A stretch of DNA of 32,000 nt, from contig NC_013771.1 of assembly GCF_000025125.1 (NCBI RefSeq), positions 115,254 to 147,253 on the forward strand, given 5' to 3'. This stretch comes from Candidatus Atelocyanobacterium thalassa isolate ALOHA. GTDB taxonomy: Bacteria; Cyanobacteriota; Cyanobacteriia; Cyanobacteriales; Microcystaceae. The translations under genes and the position numbers were made by a program. The notes under the pieces were generated by a model. That model was not told the DNA's origin, ran no database searches, and worked only from the letters and a program-made list of their open reading frames with translations. Below, one piece after another: positions 1 to 11,197 of the stretch. The first letter of the stretch is position 1. Every line of letters begins with the position of its first letter.

Positions 1-2
1 TT

Positions 3-806
3 GGTGATGTTAATTCAGCAGTAAGAAATGTATCAAAAGCAGGAGATAGAATTGCTGTCCTTAGTCAAGAGGTAACAAAATTATCAGAAGTTGCTCGCGG
101 TCAAATTGATGGTATAGGGGATGCTATTCGTAATACTGACCAAGCGGCTCAAGATGCTTCTAAATTAATAAGAAATGTTGATTCTATAATAGTAGAAAAT
201 CGTACCGATGTTGATAAAACAATTAAAGGAGCTGCTAATTTAACTCATAATTTAAATACTTTAGTAGAAGAAAATAGAGAAAACATAGTTAATACACTGA
301 ATAGTATTGAACAAACTAGTGATCAAATACGTTTACTAGCTCTCAATTTTGGAGTAACAGTAGATAAAATCAATCAAGGAATTAGTGAGATTGATATAAA
401 ACAATTTGCAAATGATCTAGAATCTCTCATGTCTAATGCAGCGTTGACAGCAAAAAACTTACAAAACTTATCTAAATCTTTAAGCGATCCTGAAGTTATA
501 ATTACTATTCAACAAACTTTAGATTCTGCGCGTGTAACTTTTGATAATGCTCAAAAAATCACTTCTGATGTTGAAGAATTAACAGGCGATCCCGTTTTTA
601 GAAATAATATCCGTAAGCTTATAGATGGCTTGAGCGACTTAGTATCTGAGACCGAAAGTTTAGAACAGCAGGTTTATGCCGCACAAATAATTGAATCGGT
701 AACTAATGCAATGGAGTACAAACTATTGTCGAAAAAAAAACTACAAGAATTTTCTCCTATAATTTATCCTCTAGATAATTCAGCAGAAGATAATGTAAAA
801 ACTTAG
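3..806 (+). CDS. C-terminal portion of an MlaD/MCE-family (TGD2-like) lipid-transport protein; the 5' end lies outside the window
   Basis: I translated frame 3 by hand from position 3 to 431 and found no stop. It is open from the window edge to TAG at 804-806, so the track's Met at 429 is internal. The N/D/E/I/L-rich helical repeats (e.g. NVDSIIVENRTDVDKTIKGAANLTHNLNTLVEENRENIVNTLNSIEQT) resemble the C-terminal region of MCE/MlaD proteins. The family call is from memory only. Confidence 0.5.
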   Translation, partial: GDVNSAVRNVSKAGDRIAVLSQEVTKLSEVARGQIDGIGDAIRNTDQAAQDASKLIRNVDSIIVENRTDVDKTIKGAANLTHNLNTLVEENRENIVNTLNSIEQTSDQIRLLALNFGVTVDKINQGISEIDIKQFANDLESLMSNAALTAKNLQNLSKSLSDPEVIITIQQTLDSARVTFDNAQKITSDVEELTGDPVFRNNIRKLIDGLSDLVSETESLEQQVYAAQIIESVTNAMEYKLLSKKKLQEFSPIIYPLDNSAEDNVKT

Positions 807-1058
807 AAATCTTAATAATAAAAAATTAAATATTTTTAGCAAGTTTTTTGACTTTATCAAATTTTAAAATATTAATTACCTTAATGACGAATATCGCCTT
901 TTAGAGTGAATGGGATAGCTTGAATTTAGGATGGTATTTTGGCTCTTGTTTTTGAAGTCCAAACAAATAAAAAATCAAGAAAAATTTTGAGATAATTAAA
1001 ACATAGTAAAGTCCAAAGTATAATAGAATGCATACAAAATATTTATAGAGAATAATAA

Positions 1059-2441
<1,383 letters not shown>

Positions 2442-2629
2442 GTTTCTAAAACTAGAGAAACATCTCTAGCATATTTGCTGTCATTAATAGTACTATGATC
2501 AATAGATTCTTTCCTCATAAAGATAAAACTATTCGTTAAATGTAACAATGATAGATATATCTAAAAAGTTAAGAGTTCATTGATTCTTTTCTATCTTTAT
2601 CGTTATAAAAATCATTCTGCTTGTGCTGA

Positions 2630-3562
2630 ATGCTACAAATTCCTAAAACTCCCCAAACCCCAAAAGCCCTAAATTCTGTCTTAGAGGCTTATGAACGCTG
2701 TCGTCGAATTACTCAAAAATATTCTAAAACTTTTTACTTAGGAACATTATTAATGCCGCCTAAGAAAAGATGTGCAATTTGGGCTCTCTACGTTTGGTGT
2801 CGAAGAACTGATGAATTAGTTGATGGAGCTCAAGCTAACTTTACAACACCAGAAACTTTACAACAATGGGAAAATAATTTAGAGCATTTATTTGCAGGTT
2901 ATCCTTTGGATGATGAAGATGTTGCCTTAGTTGATACATTAAGAAACTTTCCAATAGAAATTACTCCATTTAAAGATATGATAGCTGGTCAAAAAATGGA
3001 TTTGTATCGCAATCGCTATCAAACCTTTGATGAATTAAAACTCTATTGTTATCGTGTCGCAGGAACAGTAGGACTTATGTCTAATGCGGTTTTGGGCGTT
3101 GAAGAGCATCCTTCCATCGTCCCCTGGGAATCGCAGTTTAAGCAGAATATTCCTAAAGAAGAGGCAATTGCACTAGGTATCGCTAATCAATTAACTAATA
3201 TTCTTAGAGATATTGGCGAAGATGCTCAAAGAGGGCGAATATATTTACCTCTAGAAGATTTAGAACGTTTTAAATATACTGAAGAAGATCTATTCAATGG
3301 AGTAATAGATGATCGTTGGAAGAATTTAATGAATTTTCAGATTCAAAGAGCTAGACAATACTATAAAGAAGCTGAACGCGGAATCAGAATTTTATCTAGA
3401 GATTCTCGCTGGCCTGTATGGTCGGCTTTGATGCTTTATCAAGGTATCTTAGATATTATTGAAGCTAATGAATATGATGTATTTTCCAAACGTGCTTTTG
3501 TCCCAAATTTTAAAAAAATCATATATTTACCTATTGCTTGGTTAAGAGCTCAAGCACTTTAA
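2630..3562 (+). CDS. crtB: Phytoene synthase
   Basis: 310-aa ORF of the squalene/phytoene synthase family. It carries both Asp-rich motifs (RRTDELVD and LRDIGEDAQRGRIYLP) and is adjacent to pds. Confidence 0.93.
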   Translation: MLQIPKTPQTPKALNSVLEAYERCRRITQKYSKTFYLGTLLMPPKKRCAIWALYVWCRRTDELVDGAQANFTTPETLQQWENNLEHLFAGYPLDDEDVALVDTLRNFPIEITPFKDMIAGQKMDLYRNRYQTFDELKLYCYRVAGTVGLMSNAVLGVEEHPSIVPWESQFKQNIPKEEAIALGIANQLTNILRDIGEDAQRGRIYLPLEDLERFKYTEEDLFNGVIDDRWKNLMNFQIQRARQYYKEAERGIRILSRDSRWPVWSALMLYQGILDIIEANEYDVFSKRAFVPNFKKIIYLPIAWLRAQAL

Positions 3563-3681
3563 CTACTTATATTTGTAATATGTTTATTTTTTCTATTTAT
3601 TAATTAGAAAAAATTTAATAAATGAGTACAAGAAAATATATTAACATTAGAGTAATGGAGCTAAGAGAAAGAGGATCATTC

Positions 3682-3891
3682 ATGCGATATGCTGTAGTTA
3701 TTGAAAAAGGAAAATATTATTATGGAGCTTATGTTCCTGATTTACCAGAATGTTCTGCAGTTGGAAAAACTGTAGAAGAGACAAGGGAACTTATATATAA
3801 TTCAATTTCTAATCATCTAGGTGGATTAGAGGAGGAAGGTAATTCTTTCCCTAGTCCTAAAACTATATGTGAATACGTAGAAATTAATTAA
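3682..3891 (+). CDS. HicB-like antitoxin / UPF0150-family small protein with no DNA-binding extension; the maximal ORF starts at 3622
   Basis: From ATG 3682 the product MRYAVVIEKGKYYYGAYVPDLPECSAVGKTVEETRELIYNSISNHLGGLEEEGNSFPSP fits the short HicB/UPF0150 pattern (hY.a.IEk...gGY.a.vPDLPGC...G.T.EEa..n..EAI...LE). A GAGGA lies 7-11 nt upstream of 3682. The 20 extra codons from 3622 have no family resemblance. Confidence 0.7.
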   Translation: MRYAVVIEKGKYYYGAYVPDLPECSAVGKTVEETRELIYNSISNHLGGLEEEGNSFPSPKTICEYVEIN

Positions 3892-4158
3892 CTGTAAAAC
3901 CTATAGGAGTAATCACTTTACTATGATTTAATTATTTTAGATTACTCCAAACCCTAATTTTTTCAATAATTAAATTCTTTACTTAATTATTAAACGAGAT
4001 AGCTTGTAAAAAAGTAATTTATATCTAATTTTTTTACTAGAGTAAAGATGCCTAGTTATATGGTCAATGTATTATAAAAGCTTGGGACAATACAAATTGA
4101 TTATTTGTCATAGATGACTATAATAAGTAATGAATAATTTGAAATTAATACAAAGTAG

Positions 4159-5250
4159 ATGCTAAAAGCTGGAATAGTTGGACTCCCTAATGTCGGAAAA
4201 TCGACACTATTTAATGCTTTGGTTGCTAATGCTAAAGCAGACGCAGCAAATTTCCCTTTTTGTACTATCGAACCTAATGTAGGCTTGGTATCTGTACCTG
4301 ACGAAAGATTAAAAGTTTTAGCCGAACTTTCTAAGTCAGAAAAAATTCTACCAACTCGTGTTGAATTTGTAGATATTGCTGGACTAGTCAAAGGTGCTGC
4401 ACAAGGAGAAGGTCTTGGAAATAAATTTTTAGCTAATATTCGCGAAGTAGATGCCATAGTTCATGTGGTACGTTGTTTTGATGATGATGATATTATTCAT
4501 GTATCAGGTTCTGTCAGCCCAACAAGAGATATTGAGACAATAGATCTAGAACTAGCTTTGGCTGATCTTTCTCAGGTGGAAAAACGCCTAACTAGATTAA
4601 AGAAACAGAAAAGTAATCAAAAGGAAGAACAAGAAGAAATATCTATTTTAGAAAAATTCACTATTCAGCTCAATAAGGGTATGCCAGTCAGATATCTACA
4701 GCTGACAGAAGAAGAAAGAGTATTAATTAAACCTCTGGAATTACTGACTCTTAAACCAGTTATTTATGCTGCTAATGTTTCCGAAGATGATTTGAGTTCA
4801 GAAAATGATTGGGTACAAGAAGTAAGAAATTTTGCTTCTAATAGTCATGCAAAAGTAATTGTAGTTTCTGCCCAAGTAGAATCAGAACTAATAGAAATTT
4901 CAGATGAAGAAAAATTGGAGTTTTTAAATGCTTTGGGAGTAAGCGAAGGCGGCTTAAAACTTTTAATCAAAGCAGTTTATGATTTGCTTGGATTAAGAAC
5001 ATATTTAACCACTGGTCCTAAAGAAACTCGTGCTTGGACTATCTATGCTGGAATGAAAGCTCCTCAGGCTGCAGGTGTAATTCACTCAGATTTTGAAAGA
5101 GGATTTATTCGTGCTGAAACTATCTCTTATAAAGATTTAGTATTTTGTAAAAATATTACTTTAGCAAAAGAGAAAGGTTTGGTAAGAAGTGAAGGTAAAG
5201 ACTATGTTGTTCAAGAGGGAGATGTAATTTTATTTAGATTTAATGTTTAG
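4159..5250 (+). CDS. ychF: Ribosome-binding ATPase YchF (Obg-family)
   Basis: 363 aa. N-terminal P-loop [21 protein letters not shown], then DIAGLVKGA, and the conserved C-terminal TGS-like end ([12 protein letters not shown]...[13 protein letters not shown]). Confidence 0.95.
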   Translation: MLKAGIVGLPNVGKSTLFNALVANAKADAANFPFCTIEPNVGLVSVPDERLKVLAELSKSEKILPTRVEFVDIAGLVKGAAQGEGLGNKFLANIREVDAIVHVVRCFDDDDIIHVSGSVSPTRDIETIDLELALADLSQVEKRLTRLKKQKSNQKEEQEEISILEKFTIQLNKGMPVRYLQLTEEERVLIKPLELLTLKPVIYAANVSEDDLSSENDWVQEVRNFASNSHAKVIVVSAQVESELIEISDEEKLEFLNALGVSEGGLKLLIKAVYDLLGLRTYLTTGPKETRAWTIYAGMKAPQAAGVIHSDFERGFIRAETISYKDLVFCKNITLAKEKGLVRSEGKDYVVQEGDVILFRFNV

Positions 5251-5572
5251 CAACTTTGTAAAAAAATAAATTGATATTAACTATTTGTTGTTAATCTGTT
5301 CAACTTAATCTACATAGTAAAAGTAGTTATTTTCTATCTTGTAGCATTAATATTTATGAAGAAAGAACTTTATGTATTTACTAGTCATACTATCGTATCA
5401 GTATATAAAATAAATAATATTGCTAATATTTTACATACGCATTAATTATGTAATCTACTCGCTAAATATATCTTGTGATATGTAAACTTAAAATTTTTTA
5501 TTTTTACACTGAAGAAGATACATAAAAGAGTTAAAATATTGTAATACGCTTAATAAGGAGTATTTAAAACTA

Positions 5573-5674
5573 ATGTCAGGATATGCTATTGCTGGATTCA
5601 GTGGATATATTATTTCTTATACTGTAATCGCTCTTGGATTATATTTTGGATTACGTATTGCTAAAATAATTTAG
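5573..5674 (+). CDS. petL: 33-aa single-helix membrane peptide, probable cytochrome b6f subunit PetL; not in the supplied ORF track
   Basis: ATG at 5573 and TAG at 5672-5674. AAGGAG at 5555-5560 sits 12 nt upstream. The product is MSGYAIAGFSGYIISYTVIALGLYFGLRIAKII. As I recall them, PetL sequences have this length, one TM helix and a similar C-terminus (plastid ...GLSKIRLI, Nostoc-type ...FGLRSAKIL). A perfect hairpin follows immediately. Confidence 0.6.
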   Translation: MSGYAIAGFSGYIISYTVIALGLYFGLRIAKII

Positions 5675-5710
5675 TTATGATATCGGCATCAACGCCGATA
5701 TCATAACTAA
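5671..5710 (+). terminator. Perfect 17-bp stem / 6-nt loop hairpin overlapping the petL-like stop codon; likely transcript 3'-end or stability element
   Basis: Arm 5671-5687 (TTAGTTATGATATCGGC) is the exact reverse complement of arm 5694-5710, with loop ATCAAC. The downstream sequence (TATTAAGTT) is only moderately U-rich, so it is not a textbook intrinsic terminator. Confidence 0.55.
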
Positions 5711-5962
5711 TATTAAGTTAAAAAAATGTTTCTAAGTCATCTAGAATGCTTTAGAAGTAACTAGTCACATAAATAAAAAATTTAATATTTTATAAAGTCA
5801 TATTATTAAAATTACAGAAATAAAAGTCTAGTGTGAAAAATGATAATAATATTTCGACATTGTGCTTTTGTCTAATTTAATTATTTAAATGATTTTTAAT
5901 TTTTTATTTAGAATTGTTCAATGCTTCTGTTAAAATTTTTATGGCTTCTATGATTTTGACTA

Positions 5963-6988
5963 ATGGCAGGGAATCGAGCAAGAATAGCAGTAGATGCTAT
6001 GGGAGGAGACTATGCTCCTATAGAAATCATAAAAGGGGCTATCCGAGCCTCAAAAGAATTAGATGTTGACATCTTGTTGGTAGGTAATCGTCAGCAAATT
6101 CAAGCATCTTTTCAAGATAGTAGTAAATTTTCTAATATTGAAATAGTAGATGCAGATGAAATAATTGCTATGCACGAAGGGATCAACGAACTTCGTCGTA
6201 AGCCTAAAGCTTCAATTAATGTTGCTATGGACTTAGTTAAGAAAAATCGTGCAGATGCAGTAATCTCTGCTGGACATTCTGGAGCAGCAATGGGAGCTGC
6301 TACTCTCAAGTTAGGTCGCCTGAAAGGTATTGATCGTCCAGCTATTGGAGCCGTTTTTCCAACTCTCATAGCAAATAAGTCAGTTATTGTCTTGGATGTA
6401 GGAGCTAATGTAGATTGTCGTCCTAAATATTTAGAGCAATTTGCTTTAATGGGAACAATCTATAGTAAGTATGTGATGGGAATCAACACTCCTAAGGTAG
6501 GATTACTTAACATTGGAGAAGAATCTAGTAAAGGAAATGATCTTGCTTTAGCAACTCATAAGTTATTAGAAAATAATGAAACAATTCCTTTTATTGGTAA
6601 TGCTGAAGGAAGAGATATACTTTCAGGAAAATTTGATGTTATTGTTTGTGACGGTTTTGTAGGTAATGTTTTACTTAAGTTTGCCGAAGCTGTTGGTGAC
6701 GTAGTATTGCAAATTATGCATGAGGAACTACCTCAAGGCTGGAGAGGATTATTAGGGACATTTATTTTAAAATCCAACCTTAAAAAACTGAAACAACGAA
6801 TAGACCATGCTGAACATGGTGGTGGATTACTATTGGGAGTAGCTGGTATTTGTATTATTAGTCATGGTAGTTCTCGAGCTCCATCAATCTTTAATGCAAT
6901 TCGTTTAGCAAAAGAGGCTATTGATCACAAAGTATTGGAACAAATTAACTCTTACGGAGATAAGCTAATACCAGAAAGCCCTAATTAG
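5963..6988 (+). CDS. plsX: Phosphate acyltransferase PlsX
   Basis: 341 aa. IAVDAMGGDYAP at the N-terminus, SAGHSGA, and GFVGNVLLK motifs are present. It sits upstream of fabH-fabD, the conserved bacterial lipid-synthesis order. Confidence 0.95.
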   Translation: MAGNRARIAVDAMGGDYAPIEIIKGAIRASKELDVDILLVGNRQQIQASFQDSSKFSNIEIVDADEIIAMHEGINELRRKPKASINVAMDLVKKNRADAVISAGHSGAAMGAATLKLGRLKGIDRPAIGAVFPTLIANKSVIVLDVGANVDCRPKYLEQFALMGTIYSKYVMGINTPKVGLLNIGEESSKGNDLALATHKLLENNETIPFIGNAEGRDILSGKFDVIVCDGFVGNVLLKFAEAVGDVVLQIMHEELPQGWRGLLGTFILKSNLKKLKQRIDHAEHGGGLLLGVAGICIISHGSSRAPSIFNAIRLAKEAIDHKVLEQINSYGDKLIPESPN

Positions 6989-7192
6989 CAAATTGCATGA
7001 TAGCGAAAATAAAAATCTTAAATGCCATTAATTTTTAATTTACTATTCACTGCTTTTCTTTTTTCATATTCTTAGTTTTAATATAGAGGATTGAAAAATA
7101 TCATTAGAAATAATAAAAATAATTTTTCAAAATTTTAATCCTAGATCCTCTTTTATTCAATTATGTTAAAAAATTATCAGGGGGAATAATTA

Positions 7193-8200
7193 TTGAGAGA
7201 ATTAGATATTGGTATAGCTATTACTGGTTGTGGTTCGGCTACACCAAAACAAATAATGACAAACGAAGATTTAAGTTATCTAGTAGATACTTCTGATGAA
7301 TGGATCTATAGTAGAACAGGTATCAAAGAAAGACGTCTAGCGACAAATAACTTGTCTTTAAGTGATCTCTCAGCTGAAGCTGCAATTAAAGGAATTACTA
7401 TGGCAGGTCTTTCTCCTTCTGATATTGACTTAATTATCTTAGCAACTTCTACAGCTGATGATTTGTTTGGTAGTGCATCTAAAATTCAAAATATACTAAA
7501 AGCTGATAATGCAGTGGCTTTTGACCTAACAGCAGCTTGCTCAGGATTCGTGTTCGGACTAATTACAGCCGCTCAATTTATTTATTCAGGAGTTTATCAA
7601 AAAGTTCTAATAATTGGTGGTGATATGCTTTCTCGCTGGGTAGACTGGTCTGATCGTAACACTTGTGTTTTATTTGGAGATGGAGCTGGGGCTGTGGTTT
7701 GTCAACGAGCTGTCAAAAATGATCACTTACTAGGTTTCGCTATGTATAGTGACGGGAAGCAGAATGAATCCTTGAATCTAGCATATGATTTTCAAACTAA
7801 ATTCCTTAAAAATGGCATGGAAATTAATCAAGGTAATTATCAATTTGTTACAATGAAGGGGAAAGAAGTTTATCGCTTTGCTATCGAAAAGGTTCCAGAA
7901 GTTATTGAAAAGGCTCTCCATAAAGCAAAATTAACAACTAATGATATTGATTGGCTTATCCTACATCAAGCAAATCAAAGAATCATAGAGGTAGTTGCTA
8001 GAAAACTAAAAATTCCATCAGAAAAGGTAATTTCAAACATTAGTAAATATGGAAATACATCAGCTGCATCTATTCCATTAGCTTTGGATGAAGCGGTAAG
8101 ATCTGGCAAGATAAAATCAGGTGATATTGTCGCTAGTTCAGGTTTTGGAGCTGGTTTAACCTGGGGAGCAGTTATTTTTAGATGGACTGTTGAAGTTTAA
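7193..8200 (+). CDS. fabH: 3-oxoacyl-ACP synthase III (FabH)
   Basis: 335 aa. The catalytic triad contexts are present: AACSGF (Cys), LHQAN (His), GNTSAAS (Asn). The start is TTG at 7193 with GGGGGA 7-14 nt upstream. The first internal Met would delete the conserved N-terminus. Confidence 0.93.
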   Translation: MRELDIGIAITGCGSATPKQIMTNEDLSYLVDTSDEWIYSRTGIKERRLATNNLSLSDLSAEAAIKGITMAGLSPSDIDLIILATSTADDLFGSASKIQNILKADNAVAFDLTAACSGFVFGLITAAQFIYSGVYQKVLIIGGDMLSRWVDWSDRNTCVLFGDGAGAVVCQRAVKNDHLLGFAMYSDGKQNESLNLAYDFQTKFLKNGMEINQGNYQFVTMKGKEVYRFAIEKVPEVIEKALHKAKLTTNDIDWLILHQANQRIIEVVARKLKIPSEKVISNISKYGNTSAASIPLALDEAVRSGKIKSGDIVASSGFGAGLTWGAVIFRWTVEV

Positions 8201-8228
8201 TCTTTTTATTAAACATTTTTTAAAAAAT

Positions 8229-9107
8229 ATGGTGACAAAAACAGCATGGGTATTCCCAGGACAGGGATCACAAGTAGTTGGCATGGGGAAAGATCTAGCA
8301 ACAACTTCTTTAGGAGAAGAGTATTTTAAAGAAGCGCAAGATATTTTAGGTTGGTCTGTGCTTGAGTTATGTGAAGGTGATACAGTAAATTTATCTAAAA
8401 CCTTATATACTCAACCTTGTCTTTATGTAATCCAATGTATTCTTGTTCGTTTATTAAAAGAGAATCAAGTCAATCCAAATCTTCTAGCCGGCCATAGCTT
8501 AGGGGAATATGTGGCTTTATATGCAGCGGAGGTTTTTGATTTTACTACAGGGCTGAAATTGGTTAAAAGTCGTGCAGAGTTGATGAATAAAGCTGTTGGA
8601 GGGAAAATGGTTGCTTTGATAAAATTTGATCGTTTATCTCTCAATGAAATAATTGCAAATACTCCTGATGTAGTTTTAGCTAACGATAATAGTGAACAAC
8701 AGGTAGTTATTTCAGGTACTCCTCAAGCAGTTGATGAAGTTTCTCATAAGATTAAAGCGAAAAGAGCTATTGAGCTTAAGGTGTCTGGGGCATTTCATTC
8801 TCATTTAATGAAAGAAGCATCAGAACAATTTCAAATATTATTAGAAAATACTGATTTTAAAGAAGCACAAATTCCCATTCTTTCAAATATTGAAGCAGTT
8901 CCAAGGACTTCTGAAATTATCTTAAAAGAAAACTTAAAAAAACAAATGACTGGGTCAGTTCGTTGGCGTGAAACCATGGTTTTCATGGTAGAGCATGAAA
9001 TTACTAATATAATAGAAATTGGACCAGGCAAAATTCTATCTAACTTATTTAAGAAAGAATATACTCAAATTGACACAAGAAGTATTGGATCTCTGTCTGA
9101 TTTCTGA
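8229..9107 (+). CDS. fabD: Malonyl-CoA:ACP transacylase (FabD)
   Basis: From ATG 8229 the product starts MVTKTAWVFPGQGSQVVGMG, a typical FabD N-terminus. The active-site motif GHSLGEY is present. The track's longer form (TTG 8190) adds 13 non-conserved residues and overlaps the fabH 3' end. Confidence 0.92.
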   Translation: MVTKTAWVFPGQGSQVVGMGKDLATTSLGEEYFKEAQDILGWSVLELCEGDTVNLSKTLYTQPCLYVIQCILVRLLKENQVNPNLLAGHSLGEYVALYAAEVFDFTTGLKLVKSRAELMNKAVGGKMVALIKFDRLSLNEIIANTPDVVLANDNSEQQVVISGTPQAVDEVSHKIKAKRAIELKVSGAFHSHLMKEASEQFQILLENTDFKEAQIPILSNIEAVPRTSEIILKENLKKQMTGSVRWRETMVFMVEHEITNIIEIGPGKILSNLFKKEYTQIDTRSIGSLSDF

Positions 9108-9139
9108 AAATAATATTAAAAAATATAATTTATATATTT

Positions 9140-10240
9140 CTAAATTTGAGAATAGCCACGATATCTATAGTAGGCTGAACAACTACCTTCTGAAGATACC
9201 ATAGGTGCACCTAAAGGGTTTTCTGGAGTACATGTGCTACCAAAAGCTGGGCAATCATAAGGTTTCTTTTGACCTTGCATGATATCACCACTAATACATA
9301 TTTGTGGATATTCTGGAATAGGTTTGTCTACAAAAATTTGAAAACGATTTAAAGCATCATATTCTTGATATTCAGATCTTAAAGATAAACCACTTTCTGG
9401 AATTTCACCGATACCTCTCCAACAACGAGATACTGTCATAAAAATTTCTTGAACTAGTTTTGTCGCCAGTACATTTCCATCAATACTCACAGAACGAGAA
9501 TATTGATTTTTACAGTTAAACTCACCAGCTTCCAGTTGTAATATGCATTGATAGATTCCTTTTAAGATATCTAAGGGTTCAAATCCTGTTACGATAACAG
9601 GGATTTTATATTTTTCAGAAATAGATTGATATTCTTTATATCCAGTTATTGTACAGACATGTCCAGCAGCTAAAAATCCTTCTATTGCACAATTAGAAGA
9701 TGATAAAAGCATTTTCATTGCTGGCGGAACTAAAACATGAGAGACTAATAATGAAAAATTTTTAATATTTTGGTGTCTGGCCTGGTATACAGCCATAGCC
9801 GTTGCAGGAGCCGTTGTTTCAAAACCAACAGCAAAAAAAACAATTTGTTTGTCAGGATTTTCTTGAGCAATTTTTAAACTGTCTAAAGGAGAATAAACTA
9901 TGCGAACATCTCCTCCGGAAGCTTTTACCATAAGTAGATCTCTTTTTGTCCCTGGAACCCTTAACATATCCCCAAAAGAGCAAAAAATAATATTAGGTAA
10001 ATTGGCAATAATTAAAGCATAATCAATCAATTCTATTGGGGTTACGCAGACAGGACATCCTGGTCCATGTATTAAAGTTATTTCAGGAGGCAAAAGTTGA
10101 TCAATACCATATTTAAAAATGGAGTGTGTTTGCCCACCACAAATTTCCATAATTGTCCAAGGTTTACTAACATTTTTTATAATGTTTTCAGTAAATATTT
10201 TAATTAACTCAGAATCACGGTATTCATCAACAAATTTCAT
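9140..10240 (-). CDS. hypD: [NiFe]-hydrogenase maturation protein HypD
   Basis: 366 aa. [10 protein letters not shown]-terminus, [10 protein letters not shown], the [10 protein letters not shown] motif and FETTAP are all present. It is convergent with fabD across a 32-bp gap. Confidence 0.93.
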   Translation of the reverse strand: MKFVDEYRDSELIKIFTENIIKNVSKPWTIMEICGGQTHSIFKYGIDQLLPPEITLIHGPGCPVCVTPIELIDYALIIANLPNIIFCSFGDMLRVPGTKRDLLMVKASGGDVRIVYSPLDSLKIAQENPDKQIVFFAVGFETTAPATAMAVYQARHQNIKNFSLLVSHVLVPPAMKMLLSSSNCAIEGFLAAGHVCTITGYKEYQSISEKYKIPVIVTGFEPLDILKGIYQCILQLEAGEFNCKNQYSRSVSIDGNVLATKLVQEIFMTVSRCWRGIGEIPESGLSLRSEYQEYDALNRFQIFVDKPIPEYPQICISGDIMQGQKKPYDCPAFGSTCTPENPLGAPMVSSEGSCSAYYRYRGYSQI

Positions 10241-10539
10241 AGTATTTTTTAAAATATAAATTCTTTAAATAAGCTTTAAATATTCAGATTATCGGTTTGA
10301 TTTTATATGTTGAATTAAATACATATAAAAAAATTAATTTTTTTTAATTGTTGTTTTTGTTAATTAAATTTTTCATATAAAAAGTTATGTATATAGAGAG
10401 ATAAGGTTTTTTACAGTATTGCAATAGTGTAGATCAATTATTTAATATAAATGTTACCTTGATATTACATAGTTATACTTGCTAAGATAAAGTCTTTAGA
10501 GAAAACTTAAGTTAGTTTTTAAATTACAGGTCTTTACTT

Positions 10540-10980
10540 ATGTCATCTTCGGAAAACTCTCTACCATCTAACTTAGCTTGTATTGTTGAAAAGTTTAAGA
10601 GACGTTCTGATCCTAAAAAAAGTTACGAGCAATTACTGTGGTATGCAAAAAAACTATCAGAGATGCCAGAGAATTTTAAAATAGAGACAAATCAGGTCAA
10701 GGGATGTGTATCTAAAGTATATATTAGCGCGGATCTTAAAGATGATAAAGTTTGGTATCAAGGAGATTCGGATGCCCAATTAGTTAAAGGGTTAGTTGCT
10801 TTATTAATTGAAGGACTAAATGGACTAACTCCTCAAGAAATTTTGGAAGTAAATCCTGATTTCATTGAAGATACAGGATTAAAAGTTAGCTTAACGCCAT
10901 CTCGAGCTAATGGTTTTTATAATATTTTTCAACTAATGAAGAAGAAGGCATTAGCTTTTCAACTAGGAAAATCAATTTAA
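10540..10980 (+). CDS. sufE: Cysteine desulfuration (sulfur acceptor) protein SufE
   Basis: 146 aa of the SufE/Fe-S metabolism-associated domain. The conserved Cys context is VKGCVSKVY, followed by SDAQLVKGL. Confidence 0.88.
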   Translation: MSSSENSLPSNLACIVEKFKRRSDPKKSYEQLLWYAKKLSEMPENFKIETNQVKGCVSKVYISADLKDDKVWYQGDSDAQLVKGLVALLIEGLNGLTPQEILEVNPDFIEDTGLKVSLTPSRANGFYNIFQLMKKKALAFQLGKSI

Positions 10981-11048
10981 TAGATTTTAATCAAAGAAGG
11001 TTAAGATATTTGTTCTTATTATTTAGTTAATTACTAATTTTTAATATT

Positions 11049-11081
11049 TATCTTAGTAATCTTGATAAGATTACTAAGATA
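11049..11081. terminator. Perfect 15-bp inverted repeat (3-nt loop) between convergent sufE and the dacB-like gene; possible bidirectional terminator
   Basis: TATCTTAGTAATCTT (11049-11063), loop GAT, AAGATTACTAAGATA (11067-11081). It lies midway in the convergent spacer. No U-tract follows on either strand, so termination function is uncertain. Confidence 0.4.
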
Positions 11082-11197
11082 AAAAATCAACCATTTACTA
11101 CATACAAGTTATATTGAGTAATAAAGATAACCTTATTTAAACACCATTAAAAAATTATCCCTAGATAGAAAAACAGTAATGATAAACTCCTATTAGC

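Noticed and set aside
2452-2469. Short hairpin CTAGAGA-AACA-TCTCTAG just after the pds stop
   Set aside because: The stem is only 7 bp and no U-tract follows. Structures like this arise easily by chance, so I do not call it a terminator.
3587-3613. TTTTTTCTA / TAGAAAAAA inverted repeat after crtB
   Set aside because: The stem is almost pure A/T with a single G:C pair. Such low stability is expected by chance in AT-rich spacers.
3906-3948. 9-bp inverted repeat GGAGTAATC...GATTACTCC downstream of the HicB-like ORF, followed by a T-run
   Set aside because: The 25-nt loop makes a poor terminator hairpin. It could be real, but the evidence is too weak to annotate.
4101-4457. 118-aa ORF on the - strand
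   Set aside because: It lies antisense within the highly conserved 5' part of ychF. Its composition is low-complexity (S/A/T/P-rich) with no RBS. It is a typical shadow ORF.
6112-6369. 85-aa - strand ORF inside plsX
   Set aside because: It is fully nested antisense in a well-supported gene, with no independent signals.
8831-9204. 66-aa (-) and 61-aa (+) ORFs at the fabD/hypD junction
   Set aside because: Both overlap the conserved fabD and/or hypD coding sequence in other frames. Their products have no recognisable family features.
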